Positions 58,128 through 64,000 of a stretch of 64,000 nt of DNA are shown here, in pieces. The stretch is taken from positions 14,036 to 78,035 of the forward strand of contig CAVWCN010000022.1 in NCBI GenBank assembly GCA_963753475.1, given 5' to 3'. The stretch is from an uncultured Acidobacteriota bacterium. Its GTDB lineage: Bacteria > Acidobacteriota > Terriglobia > Acidiferrales > UBA7541. Below the pieces are notes generated by a model that made no database searches, had not been told where the DNA came from, and saw only the letters and a program-made list of their open reading frames with translations. The position numbers and the translations under genes were made by a program. Within the stretch, counting starts at the first letter, position 1; each line of letters begins with the position of its first letter.

Positions 58128-58631
58128 TTACTGCGCCTGCTTCTCCAATTGTTCGATTTTCTTCTGGACTTTGTCGGCGTCGGGCGCGTGCGGATAAACC
58201 TTGAGATATTCCTTCAAGTACCTGGCCGCGCTCGCGGGATCGTGTTTCTTCTCGTAGCACTCTGCCAGCAGGAGACGCGGCTTGCCGTAGTCGGGCTGAA
58301 GCCGGGAGGCTTCCTCGAGGCGGGGGATTGCCGCGTCGGGATCGCCTTTGTGCATGTAGAAAGCGGCGACTTCGATGTCCTTTTCGGCATTGTACCGATC
58401 GTACTTGTGAGGATCGGGCGCCGGATTGGGATTGTCGTCTGGAGACTGTGCTTCCGCCTGCTTTTTCGCCGAACTGGAATAGCCCTTCGAGGACGACTGC
58501 TGTTGAGTCGATTTCCCCGATTGTCCGCTCTGCGACTGCGATGGTTGCACGGGCAGCGGATGGCCGCTTCCCGCCGCCGCAACGGCGACCAAAAACAACG
58601 AGCAGATCGGAACGAGAGGCTTTCGGCGCAT
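58128..58631 (-). CDS. Secreted TPR-like protein with a Ser/Gln-rich linker
   Basis: ORF track 58128..58799. The Met at 58631 is preceded by GGAAAGGAGG. It has a signal peptide (MRRKPLVPICSLFLVAVAAAG) and a C-terminal TPR-like YNAEKDIEVAAFYMHKGDPDAAIPRLEEASRLQPDYGKPRLLLAECYEK. Confidence 0.65.
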   Translation of the reverse strand: MRRKPLVPICSLFLVAVAAAGSGHPLPVQPSQSQSGQSGKSTQQQSSSKGYSSSAKKQAEAQSPDDNPNPAPDPHKYDRYNAEKDIEVAAFYMHKGDPDAAIPRLEEASRLQPDYGKPRLLLAECYEKKHDPASAARYLKEYLKVYPHAPDADKVQKKIEQLEKQAQ

Positions 58632-58740
58632 CGGCAATCCTCCTTTCCAGTTGGACGGCTCGGGAGCACGGGCAGTTGCTTCCTGCTTCGAAGCGAAGCG
58701 CACTCGAGCGGCGGCGTAGCGTATTATTGTAAGCGTATCC

Positions 58741-60612
58741 ATGGACCTGAAGGAAAAAGTCGCCAACCTGCCCACGCAGCCGGGCGTGTACCTGTTCAAA
58801 GACGCCGCCGAGACGATCCTGTATGTGGGAAAAGCCCGATCGCTGAAATCGCGGGTCAGGTCCTATTTCCTCGAATCCAAATGGGAGGACGCGAAAACCG
58901 GGTCGCTGGTGCGCGAGATCGCGGATGTTGGATACATCGTTGTCGACAACGAAAAAGAGGCGCTGGCGCTGGAAAACAACCTGATCAAGCGGCACCAGCC
59001 GAAATTCAACGTCCTGCTGCGCGACGACAAGACTTATCCGTACATTCGCTACACAGCATTCGAAAAGTATCCGCGCGTATACGTCACGCGCCGGCTGAAA
59101 CAGGACGGCTCACTCTACTTCGGGCCGTATTTTCCGGCGAGTCTTGCGTACCGGCTGGTGCACCTGATCCACAAGCATTTTCTGGTGCCGTCGTGCACGG
59201 TGGATCTGGCGCGCTTTCACCCGCGGCCGTGTTTGCAGTATTACATTCACCGCTGTCTGGGGCCGTGCGTGGATTCGCTGGTCACCGACGAACGATATGC
59301 GGAGTCGGCGCGCGATGTGCGGCTGTTTCTCGAGGGCCGGCGCAGCGATCTTTCGCGCAGCCTCGAAGAACGCATGGAGGGGGCGTCGGCGGAGCAGCGG
59401 TACGAGGAAGCGGCCGGTTATCGCGATCTGCTGCGCACGCTCGAAGAAATGGAGGAGCGGCAGAAGATCGCGGCGGCTTCGGGCGATGATACGGACGTGC
59501 TCGGCTGGTACGCGGAGCCTCCGCAAGTGGCGGTGAATCTCTTTCATTTGCGTGGCGGCCGCGTTGTGGACCGCAGGGATTTTTATTGGGAGAACCTGGA
59601 CGAATTCGACCCGTTAGAATTTCTGCCGTCGCTCTTGAAGCAGCTCTATCTCGACTCCACATATTTTCCCCGATATATCCACACGCCAATCGATTTCGAG
59701 GAGCGGGAACTGCTCGAGGAAGTCTTGACCGAGGCGGCCGGACACCGCGTCGAAATTCTCAATCCCCAGCGGGGACAGAAGCATGCGTTTCTGGAACTGG
59801 TGGAGAAGAACGCCGAGCATTCCTTCATGCAGCGATTCCGCGTGCTGAAGCCGACGTCGAAGGCCATCGCCGAGGCACTTGAATCGTCTCTCTTGTTGCC
59901 CGAAGCTCCAAAACGAATCGAGTGCTTCGATATTTCGCACATCCAGGGTTCGGACACAGTCGCTTCGATGGTGGTGTGGGAAGGCGGGCGGATGAAGAAA
60001 TCCGATTATCGCAAATTCGTCATTCGCGGCGCGGAAGTGGCAGAGGGCGAGGAGAAATCGGCTGGCCTGTTACGCGACGACTTTGCGAGCATGCGCGAAG
60101 CCGTCGAACGACGTTACCGGCGTTTGCAGGAGGAAGGGAAGCCGCTGCCAAGCCTGATCCTGATCGACGGAGGTATCGGGCAACTCCACGCAGCCGCGCA
60201 GGCGCTCGAGAAGCTCGAAGTCATCAATCAGCCTGTGGCGAGTATCGCGAAAAAGGAAGAGATTCTGTACGTGCTGGGACGCGAGGACGAGCCGATTGTT
60301 CTCGACCGGCATTCCCCCGTTCTGCACCTGGTTCAGCAGATTCGTGACGAAACCCATCGCTTCGCTGTCACGTTTCACCGTCAAAGGCGCTCGAACAGGA
60401 GGCTGCGCACCTCACTCACCGAAATCCCCGGCGTAGGCGAGCGCACGGCGCAGAAGCTGCTGCGGCGGTTCGGCAGCGTTGCGCGGCTGCGCCAGTTGAG
60501 CGTCGAGGAACTCGGCTCCGAATTGCCGAGGGCGCAGGCGCAGAGCGTTTTCGACGCGTTGCGACAGGCCGATTCAGAGAGACCGTCAAACCGCGCGCAC
60601 GGCGTTCTGTAA
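58741..60612 (+). CDS. uvrC: Excinuclease ABC subunit C
   Basis: Intact 623-aa ORF with the GIY-YIG N-terminus (PGVYLFKDAAETILYVGKARSLKSRV), a UVR domain, an RNase H-like endonuclease domain and a C-terminal (HhH)2 (IPGVGERTAQKLLRRFGS). Confidence 0.92.
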   Translation: MDLKEKVANLPTQPGVYLFKDAAETILYVGKARSLKSRVRSYFLESKWEDAKTGSLVREIADVGYIVVDNEKEALALENNLIKRHQPKFNVLLRDDKTYPYIRYTAFEKYPRVYVTRRLKQDGSLYFGPYFPASLAYRLVHLIHKHFLVPSCTVDLARFHPRPCLQYYIHRCLGPCVDSLVTDERYAESARDVRLFLEGRRSDLSRSLEERMEGASAEQRYEEAAGYRDLLRTLEEMEERQKIAAASGDDTDVLGWYAEPPQVAVNLFHLRGGRVVDRRDFYWENLDEFDPLEFLPSLLKQLYLDSTYFPRYIHTPIDFEERELLEEVLTEAAGHRVEILNPQRGQKHAFLELVEKNAEHSFMQRFRVLKPTSKAIAEALESSLLLPEAPKRIECFDISHIQGSDTVASMVVWEGGRMKKSDYRKFVIRGAEVAEGEEKSAGLLRDDFASMREAVERRYRRLQEEGKPLPSLILIDGGIGQLHAAAQALEKLEVINQPVASIAKKEEILYVLGREDEPIVLDRHSPVLHLVQQIRDETHRFAVTFHRQRRSNRRLRTSLTEIPGVGERTAQKLLRRFGSVARLRQLSVEELGSELPRAQAQSVFDALRQADSERPSNRAHGVL

Positions 60613-60737
60613 TCGTCGGCGGGCCCACAGGCTTGCCGTCTAGTGTTACCCGCGAATACATCCCTCCCGAAGAGCAAGGCATCTGTGGACGTGAGTTGTT
60701 GCGGCGGCACGGAATCATACGATGGAGAAAATCCCAG

Positions 60738-61688
60738 ATGAATCCGAAAGTGGCAAAGTTCTTACCGGTTCTGATGTTTGTCGTACTTTGGTTGGCGTAC
60801 TCTCCTTGCGCGCGAGCGCAGGTTGCGAGCGCTACCATATCCGGCAAGGTGACGAATTCTTCCGGCACCGCCGTCGCCAGCGCCACAGTCTCCGTCAAGA
60901 ACGTCGCGACGGGCGAAGCAATCGAGGCGCGAACCGACTCGGCGGGAAGCTATGCGGTCAAAAACCTTGTCCCCGGAGACTACGAAGTTTCGGCGTCCGC
61001 TCCGGGCTTTGCTTCGAAGACGGGTAGAGTCACAGTCACGCAGTCCGCAACGCAGGCGCTCGATTTTTCCCTTGCGGCCTCGTCGAATGCGGCCGCACCC
61101 TCCCTTTCCGAACTCGGCTTTCCTTCGAGTGAGACGAAGGCGAATCCTCAGGAGCAGGCGCGTCTCGACAAGCGGTCGCACATGCTCCAGATGCACCAGC
61201 GGCTTGGTCTGATCACAACGGTCCCGCTGGTAGCGACTGTGATTACGGGTGCGCTAGCCGGTGGCAAGAGCACGAGTTCGACCGACCGCGATTTGCACGC
61301 CGCGCTTGGCGCGACAACGGCCGGGTTGTACTTTGCGACCGCCTACTACGCAATCTTCGCGCCGAAGATTCCGGGAACCAAAACGGAAGGGAACATCCGG
61401 CTGCACAAGGCGATGGCCTGGATTCACGGTCCGGGAATGATCCTGACGCCCATTCTTGGGGAAATGGCGTTCAGCCAGAAGAGTCAGGGCGAAAAGGTCC
61501 ACGGAATCGCGCAGTACCACAGCGACGTGGCGATCGTTACGGCTGCCGCTTACGGAGTTGCGATTTTGTCCGTGACACTCAAGTCAGGCTCCGCCAAACG
61601 CTCGGCCCACCACGTGGCGGCGGTGCTGGGACTGGCGCGCCCTTCTGAGAACACAATCGTTGAGGACGATTCTTCCGCGAATCGGTGA
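60738..61688 (+). CDS. CarboxypepD_reg-like periplasmic domain fused to a His-rich 4-TM domain
   Basis: ORF track 60633..61688 with an ATG at 60738 and a signal peptide (FLPVLMFVVLWLAYSPCARAQ). ISGKVTNSSGTAVASATVSVKNVATGEAIEARTDSAGSYAVKNLVPGDYEV is a CarboxypepD_reg fold motif. Four TM helices follow, each carrying or preceded by His. Confidence 0.65.
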   Translation: MNPKVAKFLPVLMFVVLWLAYSPCARAQVASATISGKVTNSSGTAVASATVSVKNVATGEAIEARTDSAGSYAVKNLVPGDYEVSASAPGFASKTGRVTVTQSATQALDFSLAASSNAAAPSLSELGFPSSETKANPQEQARLDKRSHMLQMHQRLGLITTVPLVATVITGALAGGKSTSSTDRDLHAALGATTAGLYFATAYYAIFAPKIPGTKTEGNIRLHKAMAWIHGPGMILTPILGEMAFSQKSQGEKVHGIAQYHSDVAIVTAAAYGVAILSVTLKSGSAKRSAHHVAAVLGLARPSENTIVEDDSSANR

Positions 61689-61729
61689 ACGTAACCGGAC
61701 CACCGGCAGCTTGAAAAAGGGGCCAATGC

Positions 61730-62269
61730 ATGAAACCGATATTAGCCGTTCTCTTGTTGTTGACGCTTCCCGCGATTGTCCGGGCGGACAGTCAATGGGT
61801 TCTGGAGAAGTCCACGCTCACGTATCACGTCTCTCATCCGCTGCATGAAGCGGATGGCGTCAGTCATGAGGCGCGAGGCAAAGGCGTTTGCCATGCCGGG
61901 CAATGCAATTTTCTGATCGCGGCTCCCGTGAAGTCGTTCAACTCGGGCGACAGCAACCGCGATCTGCACATGATTGAGGTGGTCAGGGGTGCCGAGTTCC
62001 CCATGGTGGTCGTGCGCACCGAATTTCCCGAAGCGGAAATCAAGGCCGGACCGATCCATGCGGACCTGGAAGTCCAGTTCGCCGGCCAGACCGCCCATTA
62101 CAAACAAGTTCTGTTCCAGCTGACGATGCAGGGCGGCGACATAAGCCTGACGGGAACGATCCCGGCAACAGTTTCCGATTTCAAGATCGATCCACCGAAG
62201 CTCCTGATGATCCCGATCAAGAACGAGATACCGGTGCGCGTCGAGATGAGCTGGCAGCGGGGGAAGTAG
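61730..62269 (+). CDS. YceI-like (polyisoprenoid-binding lipocalin-like) periplasmic protein
   Basis: It has a signal peptide (MKPILAVLLLLTLPAIVRA), and KSFNSGDSNRDLHM matches the YceI signature region. Confidence 0.7.
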   Translation: MKPILAVLLLLTLPAIVRADSQWVLEKSTLTYHVSHPLHEADGVSHEARGKGVCHAGQCNFLIAAPVKSFNSGDSNRDLHMIEVVRGAEFPMVVVRTEFPEAEIKAGPIHADLEVQFAGQTAHYKQVLFQLTMQGGDISLTGTIPATVSDFKIDPPKLLMIPIKNEIPVRVEMSWQRGK

Positions 62270-62282
62270 CGAGGGTCCTCCC

Positions 62283-62996
62283 TTAGCGGGAGGCGGATGC
62301 CAGCAACTCGCGAATCCGATGCTCGCACGCCGCTCTGTCGATTATGCCGACGGAGGTCGCGGCGATTTTCCCGTCGCGACCAATCAGGAAGGTCATGGGC
62401 ATTGCGTCCAAGCCGTAGGGTGCAGCCACCTTCTGATTGCCGATCACGACCGGATAATTCACTTTTTCCCGTTCGAGGAAGGGCTTCACGGATTTCCAGC
62501 CGTCGGCATCCATTGAAACACCGATCACGGTGAACCCGCGGTCACGATAGTCCTTCTCGAACTGAACCAACCACGGCACCTCCAATGCGCACCCGTGGCA
62601 CCACGTGGCCCAAAAGTTGAGCAGAACCACTTTCCCGCGATAGGCGGATAACCGTAGATCGGTTCCGTTTGCGTCCTTCAAGACAAAATCCGGTGCGCCT
62701 TCGCCGTCCTTGAGGGTCTTCACATCGGCGGAAACCTGGCCGATATCTGCGATTCTTGATCCCGCCCAAAGCCGACGAACGATTTCTCGTGATTTCGGGA
62801 ACGCGGTCAAGCTTATCCAGAGGGCGGTGATGGACAGGGCAGCGCAGGCCACGTTGCGCATATTTCTGGCGCGCCGCTTTTCGTAGAAGCACGCAAGAGC
62901 GCGCGTGGCGTCCGGCTCCCACCCGCGATCTGAAGCGAGTTGCCCAAGGCGCTTGTCAACCCACCGGCCGAGATCGGTTTCATTCGTCTTTGCCAT
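62283..62996 (-). CDS. Membrane-anchored TlpA/redoxin-family thiol-disulfide oxidoreductase with a ~45-aa cytoplasmic N-terminal region (candidate anti-sigma)
   Basis: It has a single TM (VACAALSITALWISLTAF) and then APDFVLKDANGTDLRLSAYRGKVVLLNFWATWCHGCALEVPWL, with a CxxC of CHGC. The start overlaps the ECF sigma gene by 17 nt. Confidence 0.75.
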   Translation of the reverse strand: MAKTNETDLGRWVDKRLGQLASDRGWEPDATRALACFYEKRRARNMRNVACAALSITALWISLTAFPKSREIVRRLWAGSRIADIGQVSADVKTLKDGEGAPDFVLKDANGTDLRLSAYRGKVVLLNFWATWCHGCALEVPWLVQFEKDYRDRGFTVIGVSMDADGWKSVKPFLEREKVNYPVVIGNQKVAAPYGLDAMPMTFLIGRDGKIAATSVGIIDRAACEHRIRELLASASR

Positions 62997-63525
62997 ATCG
63001 CCTGACGTACTCCTTTCGAAAAGTTCTCTGCGCTCGAGCGAGGAGAGTGCCGATCGAGACTGCGTTCAGATCTAGAGCCGAAGCCAGCTCGCGATAGCTC
63101 AACTCCTGGTTGCGGAGGAGCAGCAGTTCTGCCTGGCGCTTGCCGATCGCTGCCAACACAGCGCGGACTCGTTCCTGCCCCTCGGTAACGCCTCGCAGTT
63201 CCTCTGGCGTAGGTGTGCTCCTGCCAAACTGGAACAACCCTTCATAGCGAGCCCGGCGTCCCCGTCGCCGAAGTTCGTCGAGTGCCTTCCGGACCGCTGC
63301 TTTACGCAACCAACCCTCGGCTCGTTCGCCGCGAGCGGCGGGGCTTTTCCAGAACTTCAGGAAGACTTCGACTGTGAGTTCCTCGGCTCTCGCCGGGTCA
63401 CGTATTATCCCGGCGATCACACGGGCAATCCGTGCGTACTGGGCGCGAAACATAGTCTCGAAGCCGGAGGCGTCGCTGACCGTTGTCGACTCCAAGACCG
63501 GTGTTTCGGCCCTCGCAATTTCCAT
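62980..63525 (-). CDS. ECF-type RNA polymerase sigma-70 family factor
   Basis: ORF track 62980..63555 starts at a TTG. The ATG at 63525 is preceded by GGAG. Region 2 reads FRAQYARIARVIAGIIRDPARAEELTVEVFLKFW and region 4 reads LLLRNQELSYRELASALDLNAVSIGTLLARAQRTF. A GGAAC at 63573-63569 followed 15 nt later by GTC is a possible autoregulated ECF promoter. Confidence 0.8.
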   Translation of the reverse strand: MEIARAETPVLESTTVSDASGFETMFRAQYARIARVIAGIIRDPARAEELTVEVFLKFWKSPAARGERAEGWLRKAAVRKALDELRRRGRRARYEGLFQFGRSTPTPEELRGVTEGQERVRAVLAAIGKRQAELLLLRNQELSYRELASALDLNAVSIGTLLARAQRTFRKEYVRRYGKDE

Positions 63526-63691
63526 CTTCACAACTCCAATAACGCCGCCCGACAAAGAATTGTGACAAGTTCCTGGCTACGAAGGTGGGTGAATCCGACG
63601 AGAAAGCGTTCGTCCATGTAACCGGGCATGCGCTTTTGTCGGGATTTTCAAGAGATTGCGTCGTGCCTGCCGGGACGGCTAAAATGCCGCG

Positions 63692-64000
63692 ATGATCGGA
63701 ATTCCCCAACGCAGCGAGGCGGCGCCATACTACTTCACCTACATCGACAGGGTCACCAATCCCGATATTCTTCGCGAGCTGGAAACCCAACTGGCAGACG
63801 CCGAGAATTTCTCGCGGCGAATCTCCGAGGAGAAGTCGCGCTATCGCTACGCTCCGGATAAATGGAGCATTCGCCAGGTCCAAAATCACGTCAACGACAC
63901 AGAGCGGGCGTTTGCTTTCCGAGCTCTATGGTTCGCGCGCGGGTTCGATACGCCACTGCCGAGTTTCGATCAGAATATTTCCTCCTGCGCGGCCGACGCT
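63692..64000 (+). CDS. DinB-fold (DinB_2-like) family protein, 5' part; it runs off the window end
   Basis: Not in the ORF track because it has no stop. My translation from the ATG at 63692 is MIGIPQRSEAAPYYFTYIDRVTNPDILRELETQLADAENFSRRISEEKSRYRYAPDKWSIRQVQNHVNDTERAFAFRALWFARGFDTPLPSFDQN..., typical of DinB_2. Confidence 0.6.
   Translation, partial: MIGIPQRSEAAPYYFTYIDRVTNPDILRELETQLADAENFSRRISEEKSRYRYAPDKWSIRQVQNHVNDTERAFAFRALWFARGFDTPLPSFDQNISSCAADA

Noticed and set aside
57910-59489. Long ORFs 57910..58995 (-) and 58149..59489 (+) spanning the TPR gene and the uvrC 5' region
   Set aside because: Both give Arg/Gly-rich nonsense translations and overlap well-supported genes (the SprT-like gene, the TPR protein and uvrC) in other frames.
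1-64000. CRISPR arrays, IS elements, integrases or prophage genes
   Set aside because: I found no regularly spaced repeats and no transposase, integrase or phage structural motifs in any listed ORF. The only dispersed repeats are the short ones reported above.

Overview
High-GC chromosomal segment with the hallmarks of an Acidobacteriota (Terriglobia-like) genome: three ADOP-type duplicated orphan MacB/FtsX permeases, two of them behind an acidobacterial-type PadR regulator, several DinB-fold genes, and pilin-like AIAIPNLLRSR sequences. Content is mostly housekeeping and envelope genes: slt, an aminotransferase, mobA, ribD-ribE, ftsY, plsY, thpR, cinA, pgpA, yacG, rimO, mutY, nadB, uvrA, uvrC and tRNA-Val(CAC). 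Accessory genes include a parDE toxin-antitoxin pair, a GH9-like glycosidase, an NHL/IPT propeller, a MoxR-DUF58-transglutaminase module, an HD-GYP signalling protein and an ECF sigma with a TlpA-type partner. I saw no CRISPR array, transposase, integrase or prophage genes. The most striking sequence-level property is patchiness of reading-frame integrity. About 20.0-38.9 kb and 48.3-49.9 kb are dense with frame disruptions, including in essential genes, and single breaks occur in the alkA-like gene and uvrA. Meanwhile 1-20 kb, 39-48 kb and 55-64 kb carry uninterrupted ORFs up to 2.7 kb. I interpret this as uncorrected indel error, not gene decay. Best candidates for new biology are listed here. 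(1) A uvrA-led, tightly packed five-gene string ending in a SprT/Spartan-like HExxH protease, just before uvrC. (2) A 732-aa secreted protein whose last ~160 aa are a type IV pilin-like module without a prepilin leader, next to tRNA-Val. (3) A CarboxypepD_reg domain fused to a His-rich 4-TM (cytochrome b-like) domain, paired with YceI. (4) An ECF sigma translationally overlapped with a membrane-anchored TlpA thioredoxin in the anti-sigma position. (5) Tandem ADOP permease paralogs whose 5' 146 nt differ at only 5 positions. All family assignments come from motif recognition by eye, with no database search.
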